A stretch of 62,839 bases of DNA, counting the filler, from Collodictyon triciliatum (lineage: Eukaryota): assembly GCA_043381765.1 (NCBI GenBank). It is 17 parts of 17 records of this genome, joined end to end, with 100 filler letters (N's around TTAATTAATTAA, not from the genome) between each part and the next. Parts side by side here need not be neighbours in the genome. Positions count along the whole stretch, not along the records: positions 1 to 3,542 come from JBHJMP010007170.1; positions 3,643 to 8,150 come from JBHJMP010007171.1; positions 8,251 to 11,791 come from JBHJMP010007172.1; positions 11,892 to 15,431 come from JBHJMP010007173.1; positions 15,532 to 19,070 come from JBHJMP010007174.1; 12 more parts are not named here. One strand, written 5' to 3'. A program made the translations under genes and the position numbers. Shown here one piece after another: positions 1-16,866 of this stretch. Below the pieces are notes generated by a model that saw nothing but the letters and a program-made list of their open reading frames with translations, did no database searches and was not told the origin of the DNA. Position 1 is the stretch's first letter. Every line of letters begins with the position of its first letter.

Positions 1-76
1 GTGGGATGGTTTGTGTTTGTATCATATATGATTCTTCTCTTTTTCTTTTTTTCTCTTTTTTTTCTTTTTTCTTTTT

Positions 77-154
<78 letters not shown>

Positions 155-174
155 CTTTTTTTTTTTTTACCAAG

Positions 175-3275
<3,101 letters not shown>

Positions 3276-3542
3276 GTGGCTGTAATCACCATCACTTATC
3301 TATGGCATATTTGAACTCCATACAGAACCAAGTTTTTTTTTCTGAGATGCCGAATGTATATTCCATCCTCGGGTTTTTCTTTTTTCTTTTTCTTTTTTCT
3401 TTTTTCTTTTTCCTTTTTCCTTTTTCCTTTTTCCTTTTTCCTTTTTCCTTTTTCCTTTTTCCTTTTTCCTTTTTCCTTTTTCCTTTTTCCTTTTTCCTTT
3501 TTCCTTTTTTCTTTTTCCTTTTTCCTTTTTCTTTTTTCTTTT

Positions 3543-3642
3543 NNNNNNNNNNNNNNNNNNNNNNNNNNNNNNNNNNNNNNNNNNNNTTAATTAATTAANN
3601 NNNNNNNNNNNNNNNNNNNNNNNNNNNNNNNNNNNNNNNNNN
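3543..3642. other. Artificial contig-joining linker N44-TTAATTAATTAA-N44 (first of 16; others start at 8151, 11792, 15432, 19071, 22710, 26348, 29986, 33623, 37259, 40930, 44574, 48202, 51943, 55576, 59208)
   Basis: Identical 100-nt spacer with a palindromic all-frame stop cassette, recurring every ~3.6 kb. Intervening segments are mostly 3530-3545 nt in roughly descending order. Confidence 0.98.
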
Positions 3643-5252
3643 CCTCACCGCCCATTTGCACATCTGATGTGATAGTTGACCCATAATATCTACACGATAC
3701 ACGACTACACAACACTGCAGAGAGTAACAAAGAAATATTTTAAGTTTTCTAGAGTTTTATTTTGTCTTCTCTTCCACCAAAATCTCGATCGAACGAGAAA
3801 TCAATCGGTCCATACTGGAAAGTATGGTTCAAAATAAATTCTTCAATAATATGCTGATACTGCCCAATTCGTGGCTTCTCTGTCATTAGCCAAAAAAAAA
3901 AGGAGAGATGTCTCATTTGATACATTCTGCTTTCACAAACAACCTCGACCATCCATCTGCTTAATCAAATGGGTGGTTTACTCTCCAGAACAATACTCTA
4001 CCACTGACTTCTTCATCTGGTTTCATTGTCCCTATACTCTTATATCTGCATATGCTTTGTGATGTGTTCTCCCAAGGCACTAATGGTTAAGAATTGATTG
4101 AAACTTAAATAAAAAAAGATAAAAAAAGCGACTCACCAAAAAAAAGGCAGCATGTCATGTCGTGGCGGTTTTTTCTTTTTTGGATTCATTTCGACAGTTT
4201 ATTGAGAAAACATAGTCGAGGAAGCCGCCTTCGCCTCTAGGACAATAATGAACTGTGAACGAGACAGTAGAAACCTCGGATTGTGTGGTTAGATTTTTTT
4301 GTTGTTTTGGAAAAAAAGAGGAAAAAACAAGAGAGAAAGGAGAAAAAGTGTTCTCACACACAGACAATTCCACCCGAGGTGTTAAATTCAACCGCGATTT
4401 CTGGTTGTATTCGAGATTGACAGAGGAGTGGATAAAGTTGTCAGACTGATGAAAGTGCGCACATGGCAATTAATTCGAAAATCGATTCCTACGAGTCCTT
4501 TCAACTGCACAATCTCAGACAAGTTTTGTATACACTGGTGGCAATTTCAAAAAAAAAAAAAAACAATGATTTATGTTTTCGTATGGCCCATGTTCATCAA
4601 CAATCTATAACTGGCATCGTTAGATTAGCGAATGACTTTTGTAGTGTTTAGAAGGATATATACAACTTGGTCGATTGGTAGGGTTTGCTCGACGGAAAAT
4701 GTGATGGAAAGAAACATCATTCAGACTATTTATATTGTAATTTCCAACAAACTTAATGATTCTTTTTTTAAAATGAGACGATTTTTTTGTAAAAAATTAA
4801 CAGATAGAAGCAATATTACATATTCTGCTCACCAAGTCAGTTTTCTAGTTGCTTTTTTGATTTTTTTTTCAAATGAGCTGTTTGAGAAAAATATTCACTG
4901 AATAATGCCTGACTAGTTATTCCAATTATAAGAAAAGTACACGAGTCTTCTACCAGGGAATGACTGGAGATTGGGCAATAGAAAAAGGCGCTCTAGAAAC
5001 TAAAATTTGGCAATAGAACGTAGAATACGCTGTGTTGACGTCTTTTTCAGATGTGTTTATTCTGGTGCACAGCAAATGACAATAACTCAGAGAACATCGC
5101 TATCTGCGAGCGAAGTTGGAGGACAGCGATGATGAGTGGCTATGCAACCAGCAAAAACAAAGAGATGAGAAAGGAAGAGGAGATGTCATTTTAATGTGGT
5201 TCTTGTTGCGAAAGAGGAGCGCAACACCAGAGATGCGGATTTTAGGGCCCTT

Positions 5253-6139
5253 TTACAGAGCAACCTCGCCACCCTTGCGGAAGAGAAACATCACACCAGT
5301 GGAAATGAGGGAGAGGATAAAGATAACCACAAGGAGAATGGCTGAGTATCCAGGCAGCACCTCGGTAAGGTCGTACTGCGGAGAATTTGTTTTCAGGTGA
5401 CATGGTTTTAGGAATATAAACAAGGTAATTTAATAAAAAAAATAATAATGAAAAAAGACACTCAGGGCGTTTTTACACTAAGTAAGTGTGTTAATGAGCG
5501 AAGCGTCTTTCTTTAGTGAGAATAGGTCGTGTTAGTATTCTATAATATCATTCATGATGTATTGCTTACCCCATAGTAGGAAAGCTCGAAATTGTCCTCA
5601 ATTGTCGTTTGTCCAAGTCCGAACCAGACAGCAAACCCAACTAAAGAGAAGACAGCCGAGAGGGCGCTGGCAATCAAGCCTCCGGGTTTCTAGAGATGAA
5701 AAGGCTTAGTTTTAATACATCATTAGACCACCTTTCTCGACGTTGGAAAGGTATAATAGGTGGAAAATTGAATGAAAGAAGGAGGGAAAATGTCGTGAAG
5801 GGAAATGAATTAAGGCCCTGCCTTGAGACCAATCATAACAGTGCCTAAGAAAATGGTGACAAGACCAATCATTCCGAAGGCAAAAGCAGTGGCGGCAGAA
5901 TCGCGGATGTCTTCACAGACTGAGGGAATCTCCTCCGTAGTTTCGCAGTCATACTTCTGCCTGTTTTTGCTTTCGTCATCTCTGAGTTCGCGGAAGCCGA
6001 ACCACAAGCTGGGCACATCAGAAACCCCAGGAGGAGGGTTAAAGTCGATGATTCCGTACACGTCGACGGCAAGAGCAGCAATATAAAGCATAGTCAGGAC
6101 GACTCCAAAGGCGATGGACGTATAATACTTTGCTGACAT
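5253..6139 (-). CDS. Small four-TM claudin/PMP22/amastin-like membrane protein, 3 exons (6139-5822, 5689-5570, ~5375-5253)
   Basis: Four hydrophobic segments. First loop has SLWFGFRE and C-x9-C (CETTEEIPSVC). Phase-0 joins GLK|KPGG and SYYG|YDLT; stop TAA at 5253-5255. Confidence 0.65.
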
Positions 6140-8402
6140 GGTTGGCGCGGTTCTTCCTACGAGCTTTTTGCGAGGTTTGTTGTTAGAAAGGATCTCTGAG
6201 TGCGGTTTATAGGCTGGACGAGGATGGCAGGAAAATATTCATAAATGGTGGGGCGAGAAGGGGTACTGCTCTTGTGTTATGCTAATTGTCAAAAGAGTAT
6301 TGACTGTATGAGAAAAGACTGAGGCGAAGTTTTCAAGGCCTTCGCCGGGTATATTGAAGCGTTCTTTCAGGTTTTATGATTAACAGACGTTAGAGTTTAT
6401 TATTTAGCGAGAAGACAGCATGGCAATCCCTTATGTTGAACCGCCTCTTGCTTTTCCTGTGCCGTCCTCGAGTCGGCGGCCACTGTTCAACTCTGTGAAT
6501 GCCCTCTTACAGCCACGAATCCGTTCGGTGACTTCACGCGCTGGGAATATGCTCTAAGAAAAACGGAAAAAATATGTGGCCTTTATATAATCGATGGCCG
6601 TCCATAGCTCATGTTTTCCATAAATGTATACGAAAACTAATTATTCGTGTTTTGTTGCACAATAGGTTAGGATTACAAAAATTCTCAACTGAATGACATA
6701 TTTGGCAATGATGTGCAAGAAGGAGCCGTTATCTGGTAGAAGCTCGATGAAAAATGGCGAATAAAGCAGAGTCTTTGAATTAATGTGCTTTGTAGATTTG
6801 ACATTTTGATTGATATGTAATTACGAATAATAGAATAATATTATGTAAATCAAATACTGTGGATAAATAATTGAAAATATCTAAATATTTATTTTCCAGA
6901 TATGTTTCCATCACTAGGTATGATTGAATAAAATAATTATTAGCCAAGATTTTCTTTGTGGATTATTTGTTTACTCTGCGTTTCCTGATGTTAATATACT
7001 TATCATTCCGTTTCATACCAAAATCTTGGCCTGAGAAGTAATGAAAAAATCGGCGGGGGAGCCAGAAAACGTCTAATGCATCACCCTCGGTATCCTATAA
7101 GCCTGGTATATATATGCATACATTTAAGGTGGGATTAATATCTGAACACTAAATCATTCGCCAAAATAACGATGCAGTATCTTGATTAGAACAGAAAAAA
7201 GCGAGAAGAATCATTCAACACAACCTCCAAAGTTCTTAGCACCCTTTTTTTCTCTCGGCCTCAATTCACCGAATAAACGCCGCACTTTCTGCGCCCTTTT
7301 TTACTTTGTAGAGGAGTTGCAGGCATGAATGTTTGTTCAAACAAATTCTGACATTTTTGTCGCCAGAAAGGTGGGAAAGAACCAATAAAAATGTTGATTA
7401 AAACAAAGCAACCAAGAAGACAGGGTGGGGATTTTGTAATTGGTGGAGATCTTCGAAATAGGCGGGAAAAAACCGGTTGCTTCCATTCGACGGTGGGGGT
7501 TGACCTCGGGATGTGTTGTGAATTAAGGAAGCAACCAAAGAATCTGATTGCGAAAACAGCCTTAATAGAACAAAAACAGATTCATAAAACGTGCTACATC
7601 TAAGCAATCAAAGGAAATCAATAAATGTGAGTAGCCGAGCAATGTTTTATACATTAAATTCTCCAGCTTTTGGTGCACAGCCAACAACATGCAATTAAAA
7701 AAAAACAGGAAAGATAACATTTCATCATTTGCCTTCCTCGCTTCTCGACCGCCTCACGCTATGCTGGAGGAAAACGTGCAGAATACACCATTTTCTGCTA
7801 TCAATATCATGTCTTAGCCTCTTCAGCAACCAGAAAATCAACAAATTCTGATGTCGGGCTCTGGGAGTCGTTTGCTACATTCTATGCCTATTCGTGACAT
7901 TTGAAGTTTGAGCGCTTCGAGTTCTGTTGTGTGCAGGCGGATGTGTTGCGACCTTTTTCCAAAATAGGATACAAAGCGGCTGTTCTGTTTGGAACCTCGC
8001 GACAAAAAAAAAACAATAAAAACAATAAAAAACAATAAAAACAATAAAAACAATAAAAACAATAAAAACAATAAAAACAATAAAAACAATAAAACCAATA
8101 AAACCAATAAAACCAATAAAACCAATAAAACCAATAAAAACAATAAAAAANNNNNNNNNNNNNNNNNNNNNNNNNNNNNNNNNNNNNNNNNNNNTTAATT
8201 AATTAANNNNNNNNNNNNNNNNNNNNNNNNNNNNNNNNNNNNNNNNNNNNAAAAAGAGAAAAAAAGAGAAAAAAAGAGAAAAAAGAGAAAAAAGAGAAAA
8301 AAGAGAAAAAAAGAGAAAAAAAGAGAAGAGAATACAGCCAATATAAAATTTAATATATATTGAATCTTCATAATTTTTTTTTTATAAAAATATCAAATAA
8401 AC

Positions 8403-9079
8403 CTTCGGGGTCAAACTCCTTTACCAGTTCTGTTACGTTGCTCCTGAACACAAAATAATAAATCCCGGTGGGGCGTGTGTTTTGAAGCATGAGGGGTCAG
8501 AAAATAACATGCTTTAAAAAAAAAAAAAGGAGTAGATTGAACCTTTCAGCGTCAACCGATCCGTCTTGAATGCATAGTATAATCGAATTGGGGTTCTCAG
8601 CATATTTTCTAAGAATTTTAATGAAGTAATATATACGTTTTTATTAATTTAAAGAAAGTTACTAGCTTAACTGCATATAATGTAATATATACAGACGAAT
8701 AGAACTGGATAAAAATCAATGATTTTAGGCAGCCGTTTTTTTTTTTTTAAAATGCATCAAACGAACCTGCAAAGGTTTTCAATATTACGTTTCGTGTCGC
8801 TATTCATGCCCAGAGTGGTGCTACCAATAACACCCTTTTAAATGATATTTAAAGCAAGAGTCAAAAAGTACTGACAAGTGCGATGAGTGATAAAAACAAA
8901 CAATACTTATGAATCGAAAAAGGAAAAAAAAATTCTACTGGAAGATCGACAAGTACGACTCGATGCTTTGATCCTTTTACCACGAGTGAAATGGGAGCAT
9001 CACTGACAGAACTGCCTGTAGACATAATTCAATACGACATATAAATTCCCGTGATGTTCTCGCGTAACTCATGAGTAAT

Positions 9080-9152
<73 letters not shown>

Positions 9153-11209
9153 TATATCTTGAGTCTTATTGCGTATGACTACGGTTATTTAGAAATAATC
9201 ATAACCTGGGGAGATACTGCTTTTCATTCGAACCTCAATTTCATTTCTCAAAGCTTGAAGGTCACTTTCATTTGATAATTTGTACAGCTTGTCCTCATTT
9301 GCGAAATGAGCAACCTTTTCGGGACCCTCAGTCAATGTAACCTAGCATAGTTAATAATGGATTGGCAATCTATACAAATATATATATATATATGGCCTTG
9401 TCTCAGTTGATTTGTAATATTAAATGTGGCTTACTTGGATTGGTGAGCGTGTCATCATCTCTCCTCCACCCCTGGGGAAAATACGAGCCTATTTAAATAT
9501 AGAAGCAAGATAATCGAATATGAGTAACTGATGGTGAAAAAGGGGCTCGTGCAATCATGATGTGTTGACTAAAAATAAAAGAAGGGGCTATTCTTCTTTG
9601 AAAACCAAAAATAAAATACTTAGTCAAACAGTGATACATTTTTTATGAGTTTTTATATATAATTATTTGATACCTCAGAATACATCTCCAATACACTAGT
9701 CTTCCCAGCACTCTGATCACCAATAACAACCTAGGTTCTCAAATGTCACACACACTATTCGGGGACTGATTTTGTCTGAAAGCTTGAAGAACAATTACAC
9801 ATATCCATACGGAGAGTTTTTCTCTCTCCGTATTATAAATAAAACTGAATGCCAGGATATTACCACACGAGGAAGAATGTCCTTCGTCTCAATATCGAGG
9901 TCTGGAGAGTTTAATTTATCGACAAGAGATGCATACATCATAACAGATATCCTGGGTAAGGCTTGGTTGCTTGATTCCGTTTTATTTTGCTTCAATTCCA
10001 GGAATCTAATTTGGGCGATAATGTACGCATATAGATGAGTGCTGACAAATTAATCACAAATAATTATACAATTAAAAAGAAAAAAGAAAAGAGGAGCTCA
10101 ATCATAGAGCACTCGTATTCACTTTGCGCGAAGAGCCTCATTTTCTTGCTCCATTTCGTCTGCTGATTGTTTAAATTTCAACAATTCATCCTAGAAGTAT
10201 AAAATTTTCCATCCCAGTTACTTGAGATATTCCCTCTAATTACATATGAACCCAGTAAGGATGTTTTAATGTCTGAGATATAACATTTGTTACCACGGAA
10301 GATGAATCATGTTCGGAATCGATTTCATCATTGATTGGTTTTCTTTTTCCACCATCGCTATTGAAGAACAAAATTACAAACTTTCGCGATATTTTTTCAC
10401 AGCTAAAATGATTCGTAATAGATGAAAGAAAAACCATGAGACATGGGAGGTAAGTACAGTCGGACGGGCGTCTGATAGGTGTGATTCTATATATAGATTA
10501 AATCGTTAATATCTAACTGCGAATTTCTGCGAGGAGGTTTATTATCACAGTAAGAAGCAGACCCTCGACAAATGGGAATGCATTGTGTTCCTTCGCAGCA
10601 ATCATGGTAGCAATGGCCGGCAGAGTAAGTAATCCCTACGTGCATTTTATGTGAAATCTATAAAGTCAAGGGGAGGGTCGAAAATTGCACAATAATGCAG
10701 CAAAACAGACAATCAAGGCAATGAAGAGCTGCTTGTTAGAAGTCTTAGGTAAGAGGTAGTTCAACTCAAACGAATAAATAATTTATAATACCATAAGTCC
10801 CTTGAAAGAAAAATTGTTGTTTTGGCTAGGCGATCCCGTGAAACTGCGACTTTGCCCGAGGAATTTGTCCGCTCCAGGGATCTTCTTCAAACCAGGCGAT
10901 AAAGTGGAGAAACTAAAGGAAAAAAGGGAGATGAAAAAGAAAATTTTCTGGGGAAATAAAGACTAACTTGAATTATAATAATACTAATAATACTAATAAT
11001 ACTAATAATACTAATAATACTAATAATACTAATAATACTAATAATACTAATAATACTAATAATACTAATAATACTTCTCTTTTTTTCTTTTCAAACAAAC
11101 ATTCACCTTTGCTAAGGTTTAATGTCGTGATAAAACCTTACCTTCGGTACTTTTGCAGTTGCCTTGGCAGACAAAAGAGAGTCGACACACGGCCCACACG
11201 GCCCCACAT
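8403..11209 (-). CDS. OPA1: OPA1-like mitochondrial dynamin GTPase, N-terminal half (~12 exons, 3' truncated)
   Basis: Spliced product: [22 protein letters not shown] (targeting-peptide-like) ... [63 protein letters not shown]..|VVLVDLP|GVI..|[36 protein letters not shown]. Near-colinear with the animal OPA1 GTPase domain as recalled. Confidence 0.93.
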
Positions 11210-12072
11210 GGCTCGCTTCTAAGGGTTAGAAGGAGGGTGAAGCGATCTGTATTAGCATTTTGCCGACGCAAGTACGATCACGAAAAGATTGGCTGTGATC
11301 ACAAGCTTCCCTAGGACTCTGTTGATCATCAGAGCGGATTACAATCATCTATCAAATGTGGAAATTATATTATTTATTATTTTGAATCTAATAAAATATA
11401 ATTCTCTTACATAAATATATAATATATCAATACATACATCTGATGTATAATAAGTTACAGGTAATTCACATGTGGAGAATTCACAACCCCACTATCCATG
11501 AATGCGCTCTGGTGGATTTTCGCCGAATGGAGGAACAATTTCAATTAATGGTAGAGCGACAAGGAGAATAAATGTGGTTCTCGAAGCTTGTGTTGGTAAG
11601 ATGGATACTATTCCCCCAAAACTCCTGTTCTTCCCTGAAAAAAACAAAAACAAAAACAAAAACAAAAACAAAAACAAAAACAAAGACAAAAACAACAAAC
11701 AAAAAACAAAAAACAAAAAACAAAAAACAAAAAACAAAAAACAAAAAACAAAAAACAAAAAACAAAAAACAAAAAACAAAAAACAAAAAACNNNNNNNNN
11801 NNNNNNNNNNNNNNNNNNNNNNNNNNNNNNNNNNNTTAATTAATTAANNNNNNNNNNNNNNNNNNNNNNNNNNNNNNNNNNNNNNNNNNNNAGAGAAAAA
11901 AAGAGAGAGAAAAAAAGAGAGAGAAAAAAAGAGAGAGAAAAAAAGAGAGAGAAAAAAAGAGAGAGAAAAAAGAGAGAGAAAAAAGAGAGAGAAAAAAGAG
12001 GCCGATAGCTAATGATGAGAATACTTTCAGTATAATGCCGGTACGCTTTTATCTAAACGCCTTGGTTGACTA

Positions 12073-13052
12073 TTAAAATCGTGCCGCACATGAATGCCTT
12101 TGCCTTTGTGCTTTGTGCTGCCCAAGTCTCGACTGTGGCGCCCACGGCGGGATGGCGCAAGGCATTCGAGGACGGTTGCAGGTTATTCTTTTTTGTTGGG
12201 TTATTCTCTGAATGACTCTTACTGAATCAGGGAGAATGGAATGCCGTTCAATTCCGAGTAACATGAAGTAAATTTCCATTGAAAAAAATATGGATTATTA
12301 CATAAAATGATTGTTTAAATCAGGAATTTGAATGCTAAAGCATGCAATGTATAATCATACACCTATAATTTCCAGAAACATTCTGTCTTGGGGTGCTGGA
12401 GGATTTTTTTTCTATTTTGTTTGGTGAATATTTGTTTTGTGTTTAAGTAAACAACAAATAGCAGTCACATTAAAAAAATATAGGGAATACAGTATCCAAA
12501 GAGTGGATTAGGCAAATAACATCAGTGCGATTGTCCATGCTCCAAGGAGGCGATAGCGTATAGTCGATGGCGTGTGTGTTGGCCATGCTCACCTGGTGCA
12601 GATTCCGACCGCGCAATAACCCGCCTGAGTTGTCTGGGATACAATCTTATCGTGTATAAGACGATTCAATGAACTTCTCTGTCGAGAGCTTTCATAATCT
12701 TGTCGGAGCACTTGTACAGGCTCCAGGATTCTATCGACGTGAGAATATGATGAATACCGGGCGCTTGTTGCCTGCACTCGTGAGCGGATTACTAACCTTT
12801 CCATGTCTTTTTCATCAGCACCGCTATGATAAGCACATTCTATTTACTTAACCTGGTTTATTCACATATAGCCCAAGGGACAAAAGAAAAATCACGAAAA
12901 GATATTTCAAATCAAAAGTCAGATGCTTGACCTAATACATCTATTTTCATGCAGTATGACGATGAAAAGTGACATTTATTTTCTTGGTTGTGTTAGATTG
13001 CCATGATTACTTGGAAATCTGCCCGAAGGACATGATATGAATTGATAATATA

Positions 13053-13120
<68 letters not shown>

Positions 13121-15313
13121 AAGAAGGAAGAATCAGCCAGGAAATCCTAGTATTAAAAATGGGAAAGGTTTTGGCGCTTAACGTTACTCTCCCTAGATGG
13201 GTGTGTGACATGTACGTCTAAGCATGCACAGGATGAGAAAAGGTTAATCTTGGGGCTATGTCTTTAAAGCGACTATGCCATCGATTGAAACTTCCATGTT
13301 GTAGGCGATCAGATGGAGTGTGGACATTTGTATGCCGTCTGTAGAGCGATTTGATAAAGAAAGAGATTGACCGAGGCTGAAGTCTTTCCAAACAATTTGA
13401 TTCGAATCGGGAAGCAGCTGCAATGCTTCATCAGACATATGTTGTACCGAGGCATGTTCAAATAATTGGCTTTCATCTTTTCCCCTCAAGGATGAAAGCT
13501 TATTTACAAGATATGAAAGATGTGGCATGCTACAAGACTCATCTACACATGATACAGTCACTTTACAAATCCCATGTCTTGTGTGTAATAGTTGTAGTTT
13601 CGCCATCCAGAATGTTGGAAAATCAGGTGATGAAAAAGAAAGGTATTGAAAACGGATATGATTTCCTTGTTGAGTTGTGTAAAACTCACCATCCAGGAGC
13701 TCCAAATCGTCTGCAATTACAAAAATAGGCTGTAAGACAATCGCACAATGAGTTTGTCGAATGAGTAAGCTATTTTCTTCAGGTTGTTTCTGCAGCTCGT
13801 GTAGTTTTCTTCCTTTTTCTGAAGGGTACACATCACATTCACCATCTTCAGAGTCATAATCCAAATGACGCTTTGTTGTCGAGTCTGCTTGTCGGTCAAA
13901 TGTGTCAGGAGATAAGAAAGGCTCTGCTTCGGTTTGGTCCTTGCAAGTGATTCCATCACCTTTTGCGGCACCTTCTTCATTATCAAAATCAAATGCGCGA
14001 TGAGGAATAGGGATTTTTCGAACTTGCTTCTTAATCCCGAAGGGGAGAATACTTGGTCTGATAGGCTCGACACTGACAACATTTGATGAAATGGAAGGAA
14101 GTGCGGCTCCGCTGCCCTGTACTACTTTCGATGATTTTTTAGATATGGGAGCTTTGAGTTTTGATGTAAATGCGTTATCTGGTCGGTCGAGTATTATAGT
14201 ATGCTGTGGTTCACCACGGCTAGGCTGAGAGGTTTTCATTTTCGAGCTGGAGGATGATGATGTGATGTTCGATTGAGAATTCTTGGATTTGGTCGGAGGA
14301 TGCGGTGTTGATTGATATGGTATTTGCATTCCGTATCGAGGTTCCGTGACATCCTCAGGAGTTGCAATAAGACTTGTATTTGTTTTCGGTTGGGAAGGCG
14401 TTGTATGTTGCAGTTGGTCTCTTTCCTTTGCACTACTGCTGTGGACTGACTCTGCACTAATTTTTTTCATAAGTGAATGAGTCCCCCTCAAGGGGGTAGC
14501 GAATCCTGTGTCTTCAGATACCAGAGCGTGCGAAGATTTCACTGGGTGTGGATTTGTTGAACTTAGGGTAGAGCTTTTTGACGATTGCAATTTAACTCTC
14601 ATAGATGGCTTCTTCTCGAGCTCAATGGGTGTTCCTTCTTGTCCGGCATGTTCTGATTCTACTGAAGTATCTGTCCGCTGCTGATTGACGGCTTTTTTTG
14701 ATGATGCGGTTGGCTTCATAGTTCTAGGAATGACAGGCGTCTCTGGTAAAGAATCATGATTGCCTGAAGTATGTACACCGCTAATGTTGGATATGATAGT
14801 AAGGGGTGACCCCGGAATAACGGACGAGGGCAATCTCTGGATTTCTTTGGGCTTTGTGGCGATTCTCTTCTCGGTAAGGTCTGTGGCGACATCTCTTTCT
14901 ATGTCTATATCTTCATCTATCGATAAGACGGATAATGGCTGCATTCCTAAAGAAGCGTTATGATTTGATTTTTATAAAAAAGCAAAAAAAAAAAAAAAAA
15001 AGCAAAAAAGGAAAATAATGATAATAACTGTGTTATGATGGAATAATTCACTCGTTTTCCCCTTCCTCTGAACAACAGGGGACACCAAATCATGTTCTGT
15101 CCTCAAAAATGCTTCTGATGAGACTTCGCCCTTTTCAGTTGAAATTTCCTTCTTAACATTGGCCACTGACTCATCAGAACGAAGTGAACCATTGTGAGCA
15201 GGATTCTCTTCAATAGTGATGTTCGTGGAATTTTTCTTCGATTTTGAAGTCATTAGTTTCGCTGCAGTAATCCGGGAGTTGAGTTTCGAGCGAGCTGGAA
15301 TTGATTCAGTCAA
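12073..15313 (-). CDS. Unknown protein with a long Ser/Thr/Lys/Pro-rich disordered region (large exon ~13256-14944) plus smaller downstream exons; 5' truncated
   Basis: 562-codon open frame and further coding-like segments at 15030-15313, 12590-12830 and 12073-12235 flanked by GT/AG. No family recognised. Confidence 0.6.
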
Positions 15314-15759
15314 CGTTTAAGAAAAGTTAAGAATATAAGGAAAAACAGAAACAGAAACAGAAACAGAAACAGAAACAGAAACAGAAACAGAAACAGAAAC
15401 AGAAACAGAAACAGAAACAGAAACAGAAACANNNNNNNNNNNNNNNNNNNNNNNNNNNNNNNNNNNNNNNNNNNNTTAATTAATTAANNNNNNNNNNNNN
15501 NNNNNNNNNNNNNNNNNNNNNNNNNNNNNNNGTCTCTTTGTGCTAAGTCCGGCGTCGCTGCGGTTGGAGAGTGGCCGAAATTCTGCAATCAGAAACTGGA
15601 GAATGCACATTGGAAAATGGATTGTCGACACTTTATTATGGGTTCTTTGATTATTGAAAAGCTGAAAAAATGCTCAAGTATTTCGAATTGTTGTAATTGA
15701 TAATGGAGAAAATAAGAGACTCTTAATGATAATAATGGTTGTATTAATGAGATACTCAC

Positions 15760-16866
15760 CTGAAGTCCTTCGCGTCTGCACATGGACGGGAATGTGTTGA
15801 GTCTTGTGTCCGCGACTCGACTTTGTTGCTCAATAAACAGGGTATTGGGCTTCTAATGTTCCACATAGCCCGACACAATTTGCACTATTTACACAAGGAT
15901 AATTCAATTTTTATGCTCTATGCATGAATAAACTTCTATATGAATTATAGCAAAACATCGACTAAGTATGCAAGTGCAAAACAAAATACGAAGTAAGAGC
16001 AAAATAGAATATCTCATTGCACAAAACTTACGGCTTTCGCATCCGGGCATAGTGGAGAGCCTCGCTGACTTTGCGTGTGAAGCAAACTTAGTTGCTCGAT
16101 AAACAGCGAATTGAGCTTCGAATGTTCACATAACTGGCACATATCGCACTATTTTGACAAGAGAAATTCAATTTTTGTGCTCTATGCATGAATAAATCTT
16201 CAATACGGATTATGACAAAAACATCGACTAAGTATGTGCAAATGCAAATCAAAATGCTCAAAGTGAAGAGAAAGCAAAATAAAATATCTGATTGATTAAG
16301 ACTTACAGTTTTCCTATCCGACATAGTGGAGAGCCTTGCTGACTTTGCGTGTGTGAAGCAGACTTTGTTGCTCATTATACAGGGAATTGGGCTTCGAATG
16401 TTCCACATTACCCGACACAGAATGCTCTATATTTACACAAGAGAAATTCAATTTTTATGCTTCATGCATTAATAAACCTTCAATATGAATTATAATAAAA
16501 AAATCGACTGACTGTATGTAAGTACAATGCAAAGTGCTCGAAGTGAAAGGCAAAATAGAAATATCTGATTGCTTAAAACTTACGGTTTTCGTATTCGGGC
16601 ATAGTGGAGAGCCTTTGCGGTCTTTGCGTGTGTGAAGCAGACTTCGTTGCTCATTATACAGGGTATTGGGCTTCGAATGTTCACCATCACCCGACACAGA
16701 ATGCTCTATATTTACACAAGAGAAATTCAATTTTTATGCTCTGTACATGAATAAACCCTCTATATGAATTATAATAAAAAAAAACATTGACGAAGTATAT
16801 GCAAATACAATGCAAGGTGCTCGAAGCGAAGATAAAAAATAGAATATCTGATTGCTTAAGACTTAC
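15760..16866 (-). repeat. Tandem ~278-bp exon-intron cassette repeat (exon-like 16705-16584, 16426-16307, 16148-16032, 15884-15760)
   Basis: Homologous blocks on the minus strand. GTAAGT donors at 16866, 16583, 16306, 16031 (spacing 283/277/275), GTGAGT at 15759, and ..AAT(AT)AG acceptors. Confidence 0.8.

Noticed and set aside
3587-3598. Recurring TTAATTAATTAA as a biological motif (e.g. piggyBac target site)
   Set aside because: Always centred in exactly 44+44 N; it is an assembly spacer.
7838-7997. Terminal exon of a minus-strand gene (similar case at 11492-11626)
   Set aside because: Plausible, but frame and product cannot be determined.
15760-16705. EsV-1-7 or zinc-finger repeat protein; intronic snoRNAs in the repeated introns
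   Set aside because: Only a vague MVNIRS..C resemblance, and the frame is not conserved. No convincing C/D or H/ACA boxes seen.
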